NCBI RefSeq assembly: GCF_006345805.1
Contig: NC_043012.1
Span: 10,602,001 to 10,666,000, forward strand
DNA length: 64,000 nt
Origin: Octopus sinensis
Lineage: Eukaryota
Reading direction: 5' to 3'
Shown here: piece after piece, positions 13,856 through 27,544 of the stretch
How the letters are laid out: every line of letters begins with the position of its first letter
Numbering within the stretch: the first letter of the stretch is position 1
The notes under the pieces: generated by a model
The model's database searches: none
Seen by the model: the letters and a program-made list of their open reading frames with translations, nothing else
Told to the model about the DNA's origin: nothing
Made by a program: the position numbers and the translations under genes

Positions 13856-15377
13856 TACAGGTACAACTCGCTCTTTGCAAGCTGAGTGAAAATAAAGTGC
13901 CTGGCTCAAGAACACAACGCGCCGCCGGGAATCGAACTCACAACTTTACGGTCGTGAACGGAATACCGTAACCACTAAACCACGTGCCTTCACATATACA
14001 CACATGCACACATAATACTTACATGCATGCATACATACATATATGCATACATATATGCATACATACATACATATATGCATACATACATACATAAATGCAT
14101 AAATACATACATGAATGCATACATACATACATATATAAATACATACATACATACATACATACATACATACATACAACGTTCACATACACACAGTCGTCTC
14201 ATTCATTGAAACCCTTCGACTTAACAATATCAAATATCGTCAATGCAATCCCAACCATCGCCACCAACACCATCCCCACCATGACCACCACCACCACAGT
14301 ATGAACAATGCTACTCTAATACATACGTGTGAGATTGACCAGAGCTGTTTATACAAGAAGCTATCGCCTTTTGAACACAACGTGTGCAGCGGGGTTTCAC
14401 TGCATGTCAACCTATGCCACAGCACGCAGACGGAATTTAAAATACTGCACTCGGGAATTGTGGGATGGTCCTTTTATTTTATTTTATTTCTACATTTTGC
14501 TTTTGGTTTTTACGGTTTCGTTTTTTGTTTGTTTGGTTTCGTTTTTCGGGTTTTTTTTTTTTGTTTTGTTTTCTCTCTGAACATTCATACGTCGTCTTCG
14601 ATGGGAGAGTCCGTCATAGCCTAGTGTGCTTCTACTTAGTTCTGTTGTAGTTAGAATAGAACTCAATGCGCTGGTGCTGATATTAACCTTTCAAATTGGT
14701 TTGAATTAATAATCATCTCACTGCTTCCAGATTTCAGGGATGTATTAATATATGTTTAGAATAACATTATGTGGTAGATGTCAGAGGCTGGATCTGGCCA
14801 GTTGAACATAACTGAATATTGAACATTGTTGAACATACAATATCTAGAATATTTGGGCTTGATATAGCCGGTTTTAGTACTAAAAGGTTACATAAAATTC
14901 GATCGCCTATTATGAAAGAATTCAAAGCTATATAGTCGGAGTAAAAGGTTTACTATCCTCACTCCACTCCTTTGGGATTATTCGATTTTGTACTTAATAT
15001 TATGATTCACTTAGGATTATCCAATTAGATCTTTGGTAAAGTGGCTTCCATTGAACTTGAAGTTCATTCCTGATAGTCATGGCTAGAATGCCTTTTATTA
15101 CATCCTGCTTGATCGGAACTGGCCTACCACTAAACAAACGCATGCATTAAAGATATACAACGCAATGCTGATGAGGCATATACACATAAAATGGCACTCT
15201 GTCGGTTACGGCGACGTGTGCTCCAGCTTATTTCATCAACGGAACCGTCTGCTAGTGAAATTAACGTGCGAGTGGCTGAGCACTCCGCAGACACACTTTC
15301 CCCTAACGTAGTTCTCAAGGAGATGCAAAGTGGTACTGAATGTAACAAGGCATGCTCATTTGAAATACAGGTACAAC

Positions 15378-15452
15378 GGGCATATGGTGTAATGGTTAAG
15401 AGCGCAGGCTACTAAACCCAAGATTCCGAGTTCGATTCCAAGCAGTGACCAG

Positions 15453-15546
<94 letters not shown>

Positions 15547-15883
15547 TAATAATAATAATAATAATAATGATGATGATGCAGTGTGCCAGTGTACCCTCAT
15601 CAGACGGGTAGTCATGATGGGTATACTGGGCTTCGTATATTTTACCCCAGTGTCACTTTGATGGCATGCACTGCTCTCTCACTCAATAATAATAATAATA
15701 ATATAGAAAAATACCTTAAGATTGAGAAACCAGATTCGAAATTTCCCCAAGACACCTGAAGAAGGCTGGAGGGTATATAAGCCGAAACGATGTGTTAACA
15801 ACAAATAAGATGAGGACAAATATCCGTCGAATGTAAATATTGTAAATAATGTATATAATCCTCCTCTCTTAAATATAGAACTG
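15378..15883 (+). mobile_element. SINE-E, copy within the 2-kb tandem duplication
   Basis: Same structure; TSD at 15366-77 and 15884-95. Confidence 0.75.
15751..15796 (+). ncRNA. Hammerhead motif family 1, duplicated copy
   Basis: As 13722-13767 but stem II 3' strand reads AAGCC. Confidence 0.55.
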
Positions 15884-16789
15884 TACAGGTACAACTCGCT
15901 CTTTGCAAGCTGAGTGAAAATAAAGTGCCTGGCTCAAGAACACAACGCGCCGCCGGGAATCGAACTCACAACTTTACGGTCGTGAACGGAATACCGTAAC
16001 CACTAAACCACGTGCCTTCACATATACACACATGCACACATAATACTTACATGCATACATACATATATGCATACATATATGCATATACATACATACATAT
16101 ATGCATTACATACATAAATGCTAAATACATACATGATGCATACATAATACATATATAAATATACATACATACATACATACATACATACATACATACATAC
16201 ATACATACATACATACATACAACGTTCACATACACACAGTCGTCTCATTCATTGAACCCTTCGACTTAACAATATCAAATATCGTCAATGCAATCCAACC
16301 ATCGCCACCAACACCATCCCCACCATGACCACCACCACCACAGTATGAACAATGCTACTCTAATACATACGTGTGAGATTGACCAGAGAGTTTATACAAG
16401 AAGCTATCGCCTTTTGACACAACGTGTGCAGCGGGGTTTCACTGCATGTCAACCTATGCCACAGCACGCAGACGGAATTTAAAATACTGCACTCGGGAAT
16501 TGTGGGATGGTCTTTTTATTTTATTTTATTTCTACATTTTGCTTTTGGTTTTTACGGTTTCGTTTTTTGTTTGTTTGGTTTCGTTTTTCGGGTTTTTTAT
16601 TTGGTTTTTATTTCTCGATCATTCATTCGTTTTTTTTTTCAAAACTGGCAGAAGAGTTCCTAACTTACACAAACACATGCACGCACATGTTATCACACGC
16701 GCGCACTCATACACACACATATATACACACACATATACATAGTATACCACACTAACTAGATTATGCAGGGTCCCAAATTTGTATGTGTG

Positions 16790-17300
<511 letters not shown>

Positions 17301-18185
17301 AACGTCGGTGTCATATATAAAAGAGAGCACCTAGATTACACACATAAAGATATGCAATCATTCACAACAGAATCACCAACACACACATACCAGTATCCCC
17401 ATCATTGTCGCCAACCCCGATACCACCACCACCACCACCATCACCACCACCACCACCTCCTCCTCCAATAACACCAGCGGCACCACTACCAATTGACACC
17501 AGTCACGCCCACATTGACTTTTCCGTACAAACCTCAAGTATACAGTTGTACACAGTTATATAAATATACATAATTAGACACACGAGATTTCACAATATCA
17601 CACACACATACACAATATCACATACATGCACGCACGCACACAACTTCACAATAACAAAGGCAGACACCAACTTCAGCGCATAAAAATAGCCACTTCATCC
17701 TGCAAGAAAAGCAAACAGAACAAACACAATCATGTCTTTTGCATAATCGTGCACTTTCTCACAGGCAACACACTCGCGTTACGCATACTCAATCATACGC
17801 ACAAACACTTAGGCCTTTCTCACACGCTTCTACAAAGGTATGCGTAAGCACAAGCCACATAAGCATACATAGACACAGACACATATATACTCACAGATGC
17901 AATAACGCACGCATACGTACAACCAGAAACGTGCAAACACACAGGACACATACACATACACACACACCCATTTACAAATGCACATATATGCATTCGCATG
18001 CGCAATGTGCATTTTGATATGGAGTTAAAGCTTAAGAGAATCCACTCCATGAAAATTCAACAACACGCCGGATAGAAACAAACACTACCACCACCACTGC
18101 TGCCGCCGCTGCTGTTGTTGTTGTTGCTGTTGCTGTTGCTTAGGTGGTAGTAGTACCACTGATGTTGCTGCAATTCTTATACACA

Positions 18186-18216
<31 letters not shown>

Positions 18217-18356
18217 TAGGAAGGTGTACAATTGTATGTATTTACATGCGACATCACATGTTCATGAGCATGCGTACAGGTTCCTGGTCATGTATGGTTG
18301 AATATGTGTGTGCGTTAAATGGGAAAGGAGGGATAGTGAACCTCTTTGTGTGTGTA

Positions 18357-18387
<31 letters not shown>

Positions 18388-18559
18388 TGTGTGTGTGTGT
18401 GTGTTTGTATGTGTGTGCGTGAGTGTCTGTTTGATTCAGTACTTAAGTTCGTTCTCGTACGCTTCATACAGCTACAAACATGGCGGTTTGTAAAGAATGT
18501 AAAAAAAATACACTGGAAAGTGAAAATACAATCCTGCATGCATCCATGCAATTTTCTGC

Positions 18560-19050
18560 CCCTTGTTTCAAACATTTGACTGTGGCCATGCTGCAGCATT
18601 GCCTTAAAGGGTTCTGCAGTCGAAGAAAGTGACCGCAGGACTTATTCTCTGTAACCTTTTTACTCATTTTATCGGTCTCTAACGCCGAACCACGTTACGG
18701 GAACGTAAACACACCAGCATCGGTTGTCAAGCGATAGTGGAGGGACAAACATGCACACAACGACGAACGCGTATGTATTCATTTATGTATGTGTATATGC
18801 GTGTGGTGTGTGTTGTGTGTGTGTGTGTGTGTGTGTGTGCATTTCTTTCTTTTACGTGTTTCAGTCATTTGACTGCGACCATGGTTGAGCACCGCCTTGA
18901 AGGGTTTCAGTCGAACAAATCGACCATAGGACGTATTGTTTTCTAAAACCCAGTACTTATTCTATCATAATTCTGTTGCCGAACCACTAAGTTACGGGAA
19001 CGTAAGCACACCAACACCGGTTATCAAACAGTGATGTAGGAGGAAGAACA
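18560..19050 (-). mobile_element. Two SINE-A 3' halves (~18560-18775 and ~18847-19050)
   Basis: catttgactg(c/t)g(g/a)ccatg...aacacacca(g/a)ca(t/c)cggtt segments. Confidence 0.8.
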
Positions 19051-19090
19051 TACACTCACATACACATGTATATATACATATATATATATA

Positions 19091-19263
19091 TATAAGAAAT
19101 TAAAAAAGGAAAATACGCACACTTACATAGTTTTAATATAATTTTTAATATATCGACCGGTTTCGCTATCGCTATTCATGGTATTATGTTTTACTTATTT
19201 GAATATATATAAAAATTATATTAAAACTGTTTAAGTGTGCGTATTTTTTTTTTATTTCTTATA
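19091..19263. repeat. Fold-back inverted repeat (MITE-like): ~60-bp arms, ~50-bp spacer
   Basis: tataagaaat..aatacgcacactta..ttttaatataatttt pairs with aaaattatattaaaa..taagtgtgcgtatt..atttcttata. Confidence 0.85.
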
Positions 19264-19931
19264 TACATTACAACTCACCAAGTCGGTATAATCGAAATTC
19301 CTCTTTTCTGTTACTACTATATAGACCTTGGGAGCATAGTTTAGGGATATTAAATGCTTTTGTTAACCTCTTTTTATATCACCTAGGAGGGAAAGTATGT
19401 TTGGACAAGAAATGCCTGACGGCAAAAATGTATGAGAGGGGATGGAGGAAAGTAACCGAATGTTGGGTATGTAAGCACCTAATTAAGTGGAATAAAAAAA
19501 AAGGACGAAGTAAACGGTTCAACGCAGGAATGCGGTTGGTGGGGTCAAACCATTCCGCGTTCATTAATGTTTTGTTTCTCAGTTCTCATCCGAAATAATA
19601 ATATTTAACATCATTCAATAAGTCCCCGACCCCATTTGTCTCTTGTATCGATCCCTCTTTGTTTAAACCTAGTGGTTTTGATAAAATCATCATGCTAATT
19701 CCAAAGTTCGTGCGTTGATAGGTCATAGATGGAGTTCAAAGTTCACAGTTCGAGTTAGCGTGTTGAATTGTTGTTTCTTAAAAGATTGGTCGTAAGAGAT
19801 TTTTTGAACTAAGATTATTTTACTGAACAAGTTGTGCGTGGGATACTTCCAACATATTGGAGAGTACTCCATAGTTCTTTGAATTTGTGTTTTGTAAACA
19901 GTACCACTTCCTTTTATTTCATTTACTCGCT

Positions 19932-20342
19932 TTTACCCTTTTACTTGTTTCAATCATTTGACTGCGGCCATGCTGGAGCACCGCCCCCAGTCGAGCAACT
20001 CGAACCCCCGGACTTATTCCCCGGAAGCCTAGTACTTATTCTATCGGTCTCTTTTGCCGAACCGCTAGGCCACGAGGACGTAAACACACCACCATCGGTT
20101 GCCAAGTGATGTTGGAAGGACCAACACAGACACACAAACATACACACACACACAAACACACACACATATATACATATATACGACGGGCTTCTTTCATTTT
20201 CCGTCTCCCAAATCCACTCACAAGGCTTTGGTCGGCCCGAGGCTATAGCAGAAGACACTTGCCCAAGGTGCCACGCAGTGGGACTGAACCCAGAACCATG
20301 TGTTTGGTAAACAAACTACTTACCACACAGCCACTCCTGCGC
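19932..20342 (-). mobile_element. SINE-A, full length
   Basis: Reverse-complement alignment to 610-1048. Confidence 0.9.
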
Positions 20343-20642
20343 ATTTATTAATTTGTTTTTTCATTCTTAGGGTGAGACTCGCTCTATGCATATCACATAG
20401 CTTAATGACCATTATATTCTTGAATAAATAAAGAGTGGTTGGCACAGGGTTAAAATTCATGAATTTATATCTTTTATGGAGAGCATAAATGATGTGATGA
20501 TAATGCTGCTGCTGCTGCTGATGCTGATGGTGATGATGGCGGTGGTGAAGATGATAGTGGTGGCGTTGGAGGCAAGAACGATGGTGCTAATGATGGATGC
20601 TGATGATGATTTTGATGATGATGAGGATGATGATGATGATAG

Positions 20643-20690
<48 letters not shown>

Positions 20691-20710
20691 CGACGACGAT
20701 GATGATTATG

Positions 20711-20742
<32 letters not shown>

Positions 20743-21319
20743 AGTGATGATGATGAATGATGATGATGATGATGACGATGACGATGATGATGATGATGAT
20801 GATGACGATGACGATGATGCTGATGATGATGATGATAGTGATGATGATGATGATGATAGTGATGATGATGTATGATGATGATGATGATGATGACGACGAC
20901 GATGATGATGGCAATACCCATTCTTTTTTCTATTTGTTAATGCAGTCTTTTAACCTATTTGCTCTTAGCAGTTCATTTCTTTTCAGTATTTTCACAAACA
21001 TGCAGTTTTACGCATACAATCACACGCATGCACACATACACACACGCGCACACACACGCACAAACACATGCACCGTAAACATAAATAACACACGCACACA
21101 CACACGCATTCATATTTATACGCACACACACATACACATCATACTTAAACCTCACACCCATATGCAAATGTAGTTACATCCTCAAAACATTTATCCGCAC
21201 GCATACTAACAAGTAACAGCAACATGTGACACATACACACACACACTCACACAAACATACACACACACACACACACTCACATACGCAAATATACACACCA
21301 CACCACTTGTTCCTTTCTT

Positions 21320-21398
21320 TTAGTCTATCTTTCTCCACTTTCTCCATCTTATTAGTCTATCTTTCTCCACTTTCTCCATCTTATTAGTCTATCTTTCT
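21320..21398. repeat. 32-bp minisatellite, ~2.4 copies
   Basis: TTAGTCTATCTTTCTCCACTTTCTCCATCTTA at 21320, 21352 and 21384 (partial). Confidence 0.9.
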
Positions 21399-21999
21399 CT
21401 TCTTGTGTGTTTCTCTGTCTTCCTCTCTTTCTCTCACAATTAAATTCTTACTCTTTCACCCTCTTTCCCCTCCTGGTATATTTCCATCTCCCACTCTTCC
21501 TCCTGTCACAAATGACATGACGTCAAACCATCCCCCATTGCGAGGTCGCGTCGGGCCAGTCAGTGAATTGCCCAGACTGTCCCACTACGTAACCCAGGAT
21601 TTATGCAGGTTTTATATTCAACGGGCTGACAAACTTTTGGGACACAAGGTGCGTCGCAATTGCTATAGCATGTACGTGTGCGTTTGTATGTGTTTGTATG
21701 TGTGTGCGTGTGTTTGCGTGTGTTAGTTTATCCGTAGGAGCGTGCAGGTGCGTGAATATTTTTATACGCAGTAGCGTGTGTGTGTATATGTGTGTGTTTA
21801 CATGCTTCTGTATGTATGTGCATGTGTAAATGTTAAGATTTAAATGTGAATATGTAAGCAATGAGGGAGTTTATATCGTTTATCGTGTAGGATATGTTGA
21901 TGTGTATGAATATTGTGAGAATAAGTGTGATTATGTCAGAGTAAAAATGTGTGTGCGTGTGTATATATATATATATATCTATATGTGTGTGTCTATGTA

Positions 22000-22041
<42 letters not shown>

Positions 22042-22421
22042 CGTGTGTCTGTTATACAAATGTGTGTATGACATGTACGTGTGCGTATATATATATGTGC
22101 GTGTGCTTTTGTGTGTATGTATATATATATATATATATACATATACATGTGTGCGTATATGCATATATGTGTGTGTGTATGTGTGTGTATGGGTATGTGT
22201 GTATATGTATGTACCTGTACGTTTATAAGTATACGTGTGTGTGTGTGTGTATGTGTGTGTGTCAGTGTGTGTGTCTGTGCATGTAGCTGTACGAAGTATC
22301 AATGTTGTAAAGCGTTAATCCAATTAGCAAATTATGTCTGCAACGCAGACAACAGACTTGCCCAGCATCTAAGTGACTCGGACTCATCATAACATTCGTC
22401 GTCGCCGTCGTCGTCATTGTA

Positions 22422-22479
<58 letters not shown>

Positions 22480-22823
22480 CAGCAGCAGCAGCAGCGGTAC
22501 AGAGTGCGGCGTAAAAAAAAAAAACAAAAAGAAAAAAACATGGACGGAAAAAACATATTTTTGCAGGTTGACAATCGTCCCGACGGAAAACGCACAATGA
22601 GCACCAATCTAAATTATATTGGTAACCGAGAAACGGGTGCAACGTTAGCTATTCTAGCACTCTATCATCGTTTACGAAATGTTACTAGCACTACAATAAT
22701 GGCCGTTTAAAATGGCAGAATTTTTTTCTGTTGCAGAATGTAAATGAAGGAACATCCGTAATTGTCGTTGTTATCATCATCTCACCATTATCCTAACCAT
22801 CAACTTACAACTATAATATTACC

Positions 22824-23055
22824 TATTTCTTTATTACCCACAAGGGGCTAAGCACAGAGGGGACAAACAAGGACAGACATAGGTATTAAGTCGATTACAT
22901 CGACCCCAGTGCATAACTGGTACTTAATTTATCGATCCCGAAAGGATGAAAGGCAAAGTGGACCTCGGCGGAATTTGAACTCACAACGTAACGGCAGACG
23001 AAATACCGCTAAGCATTTCGCCCGGCGTGCTAACGTTTCGGCCAGCTCGCCGCCT
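22824..23055 (-). mobile_element. SINE-B, full length
   Basis: Complete unit; TAATATTACC on both flanks (probable TSD). Confidence 0.9.
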
Positions 23056-23743
23056 GGTAATATTACCACTATAATATTACCAACCACGAACTATTGCCTC
23101 GGGCCGACCAAAGCCTTTGAAGGGGTCAAAATACAAACACAAAGACACACGTATACACACGAATAGATTTATACATATACACACATACGACGGGCTTCTT
23201 TCAGTTTCAGTCTATCAAATCCAATCACAAAAGTTTATTCGACCTAAAACAATAGTAGAGGACATTTACCGGTAGGCCTTCAAAAGTAACAGCCAAATTC
23301 CCTAACTACTAAAGACGAACAAATCATACAATGTACATTTTGTTATGAAACAAGTTGGAATGGTCAGAATAGGACAGCTCTTGATCATACGTCGAGTAAA
23401 TCAAGGCTAACCTTGGACTAAACAACAAAATCAACAGTATCATTGTTGTGAAAGTACATGGCAAGCCTTCGAGAATCTTCTCCATCATCTAAAGTAATTA
23501 CTTGAATCGTCCATTATCATCAGCCATCACTGAAAATGTTCGTCTGCGTCATCATAATTCGTAATTATCAACACGACCATCATTATCATCAATTTTTATC
23601 AATATTAAAACAAAGCTGTTAATTATAGCTACAATATGCAAATATAAGTAAAAACAGATCTTATTACACACATATCTACATATTTTCTATCTCTCTGTCT
23701 ATCTATATATCTATCTATATATCTATCTATCTATCTATCTATA

Positions 23744-23797
<54 letters not shown>

Positions 23798-23845
23798 ATA
23801 TATCTGTGTGTGTATGTAATGTTTTTTAGATGTTGTAAATAGACA

Positions 23846-24020
23846 GGCGAAGGAGTGGCTATGTGGTAAGTGGCTTGCTAACGGACCACATGGTTCCAGG
23901 TTCAGTCCCACTGTGTTGTACCTTGGGCAAGTGCTGTCTACTATAGCCTCGGGCCGACCAAAGCCTTGTGAGTGGATTTGGTAGACGGAAACCGGAAGAA
24001 GCCTTTCGTATATATATATA

Positions 24021-24064
<44 letters not shown>

Positions 24065-24278
24065 TGTGTGTGTGTGTTTGTGTGTGTCCCCTAACTACCC
24101 TTGACATCGATGCTGGTGTGTTTACGTCTCCGTAACTTAGCGGTTCGGCATAAGAGACCGATAGAATAAGTACTACGCTTACAAAAAATAAGTACTGTGG
24201 TTGATTTGCTCGACTGAAGGCGGTGCTCCAGCATGGCCGCAGTCAAAATGACTGAAACGAATAAAAGAATAAAAGAAT
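23846..24278 (+). mobile_element. SINE-A, full length
   Basis: Alignment to 610-1048; tail (TAAAAGAA)2. Confidence 0.9.
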
Positions 24279-24299
24279 ACATGTGTGTATATATATATC

Positions 24300-24716
24300 T
24301 TTTATCTTTTAGATGCTTATCATTTGCCTGCGGCCATGCTGGGGCACCGCCTTGAATGGTTTTATTGTACTAATCGACTCCATGATATATTTTTTAAAGC
24401 CTAGTACTAATTCGATCTGGTCTCTTTTGCTGAATTGCTAACTACGGGATCGTAAACACACCAATACCGGTGGTCAAGTGGTGACGGGAGGGGGGTAAAA
24501 ACACAAACACAAAGACTCACGCATACACACGAATAGATTTATACGCATACACACATACGACGGGCCTCTTTCAGTTTCCGTCTATCGAATCCAATCGAAA
24601 AAGTTTCTTCGACTTAAAACAATAGTAGAGGACACTTACCCAAAGTGCTGCGTAGTGGAACTAAATGCGGAACCATGTGGTTGGGAAGCAAGTTCCTTAC
24701 CACACAGCCACGCCTG
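24300..24716 (-). mobile_element. SINE-A, older copy, tail-to-tail with 23846-24278
   Basis: Reverse-complement alignment, more diverged. Confidence 0.85.
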
Positions 24717-24807
24717 GGTCTATATGATTAAATAAAAAAAAGGTAGAGACGGATGAGGGAACAACGAACAAGGTGTATAAGTTTGATACTCAGGAGATTT
24801 ATTTATA

Positions 24808-24850
24808 CACTAGCATTATGACCCGGCAACGCCGGGTCATAGTGCCAGTG
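24808..24850. other. GC-rich hairpin with CTAG-like ends (Helitron/HINE terminus-like)
   Basis: Perfect 11-bp stem TATGACCCGGC-AAC-GCCGGGTCATA; outer CACTAGCA/TGCCAGTG. Confidence 0.5.
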
Positions 24851-25102
24851 CATGCATATACAGTTGCGTGCGTGCACACATACACGCGAGTACTGTCCAA
24901 ATCTCCGGCCAATCACATACAGCTAGCTGGTATTCAATTGGCGTCTCAAGTTTCGGGCATTTTGATTGGGTATTGGATAGAAAATTCACAAAAATAAGTA
25001 CTACGCTTACAAAGAATAAGTACTGTGGTCGATTTGCTCGACTGAAGGCGGTGCGCCAGCATGGCCGCAGTCAAAATGACTGAAACGAATAAATAATATA
25101 TA

Positions 25103-25156
<54 letters not shown>

Positions 25157-25669
25157 CTTTTATCTATGATCTTTAATGGCATTGCGGGGTGACTGGCGAA
25201 ATGTAAAGATGTGCACGACCACCCTTGGAGGTTTTAAATGACCATAGAAAGTGCGAGCCCTCTAACTGAAACATTGTGAATTTGTATAAAGGACACGCAC
25301 ACACACACACACAGACATTTTGCCGTTTATATAGAGAGAGATTCGGGTGTTTGTGTGTGTGTGTGTTTAGATATATGTGATGCATGATTTTTATAGATTA
25401 CAGTCTTGGTAGAAAGGAGAAATGGCAAATGTCGATTGTGACCGGTATCTGGATTTCAGGTTAATGAAAAAACATACTCGTCGTCTATCGATGACGTTAG
25501 AGTACTCAACTTCGAAATTCACAGAAAGACGATTTCAATGGTCAGGCAGCATGCAATAAAGAGCCTTAATCCTATACATAATCAGCATCAAAGGGGATGT
25601 ATCGCGGTTGTAACCGAAATTGATAACTCCAGTTCCTGTTTTATATTTAGTGCGTGTATTTTCTTTCTT

Positions 25670-25915
25670 TTCTTTTTCTCTTACTTGTTTCAGTCATTTG
25701 ACGGTGGCCATGCTGGAGCACCGCTTTTAGTCGAGCAAATCGACCCCAGAGCTTATTCTGTGTAAGCCTAGTACTTATTCTATCGGTCTCTTTTGCCGAA
25801 CCGCTAAGTTACGGGGACGTGAACACACCAGCATCGGTTGTCAAGCGATGTTGGGGGATAAACATGGACACACAAGCATACACACAAACACACACACAAG
25901 CACACACACACGCAG

Positions 25916-25989
<74 letters not shown>

Positions 25990-26150
25990 CGACGGGTTTT
26001 TCCAGTTCCCGTCTACCAAATCCACTCACAAGACTTTGGTCGGCCCGAGACTATAGTAGAAGACACTTGTCCAAGGTGCCACGCAGTGGGAACTGAACGC
26101 ATGACCATGTGGTTGATAAGCAAGCTACTTACCACACAGCCACTCCTACG
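25670..26150 (-). mobile_element. SINE-A, full length
   Basis: Reverse-complement alignment. Confidence 0.9.
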
Positions 26151-26400
26151 TATATATACGTGCAAATGTGTTTGTATATAAACGAGCAAATATGTATATA
26201 TACTGAAATATGTACATGCATTTATATACGTATCTATATGTATGCATATATACACGTATATATATATATATATATACGTACATGTATGTATATATATACA
26301 TACATATATATATATATATATGCATACATATAATATATATACATCTATACATGCAATATTATATATATATATATATATATATCTAAGCGTGTGTGTGTTG

Positions 26401-27357
26401 TGTATAATGCATGTATAATATATGCATATGCACAAGGTGTATGTATATATAAACGCCACAATGCGGGCGTTTCATGTGTGTGTGCACACAATGTATGCAT
26501 ATCCCTGTAATAACTTCACACACACACCACACCACACACACCCCATACCACGCCAAAACGGCTGCCGAAAATCCAGACAGTCGACCGACTGGACACAACT
26601 GATGTGAAAAATGGGTGTTTGTTGTGGGCGACGGTGTTGTTGGTGATGAAAGAGTGGTTGTTGTGATGATGGGATCAAAGTTGAAGAAGGAAGGGACGAA
26701 GAATTGAACAACTAAATATCACTTAACAATGAAGAACTAATCTGTAACGCACAGGTGCCCGAAGCACACTCTGTGTGTGCGTGCGTGTTTGTGGTGTGTG
26801 TGTGGTGTGTGTGTGTGGTGTGTGTGTGGTTTGTGTGTGTGAGTGTGTGTGTGTGCGCGCTCGTTGTGTGTGCGCGGCTGCGTGTGTGTTCGCGCGCCGT
26901 GTGTGGTGCGCGCGCGTGTGCGTTTGGGTGCGTGTGTATTCGCGTGGTGTGTTGTGCGTGTGTGTGTGTGTATAATGCATGTATATATATATGCATATGC
27001 ACAAAGGTGTATGTATATATAAACGCCACAATGCGGGCGTTTCATGTGTGTGTGCACACAATGTATGCATATCCCTGTATATACATTCACACACACACAC
27101 ACACACACACACCCATACACACGCCAAAACGGCTGCCGAAAATCCAGGACAGTCGACCGACTGGAACACAACTGGATGTGAAAAATGGGTTTGTTGTGGG
27201 CGACGGTGTTGTTGGTGATGAAAGAGTGGTTGTTGTGATGATGGGATCAAAGTTGAAGAAGGAAGGGACGAAGAATTGAACAACTAAATATCACTTAACA
27301 AATGAAGAACTAATCTGTAACGACAGGTGCCCGAAGCACACTCTGTGTGTGCGTGCG

Positions 27358-27411
<54 letters not shown>

Positions 27412-27513
27412 TGTGTGTGTGTGCGCGCGCGTGTGTGTGCGCGCGCGTGTGTGTGCGCGCGCGTGTGTGTGCGCGCGCGTGTGCGTGTGTGTGCGTGTGT
27501 ATGCGCGTGCGTG

Positions 27514-27540
<27 letters not shown>
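26401..27540. repeat. Tandem duplication, ~570-bp unit x2
   Basis: tgtataatgcatg... at 26401 and 26969; near-identical to ...gcacactctgtgtgtgcgtgcgtg. Confidence 0.9.
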
Positions 27541-27544
<4 letters not shown>

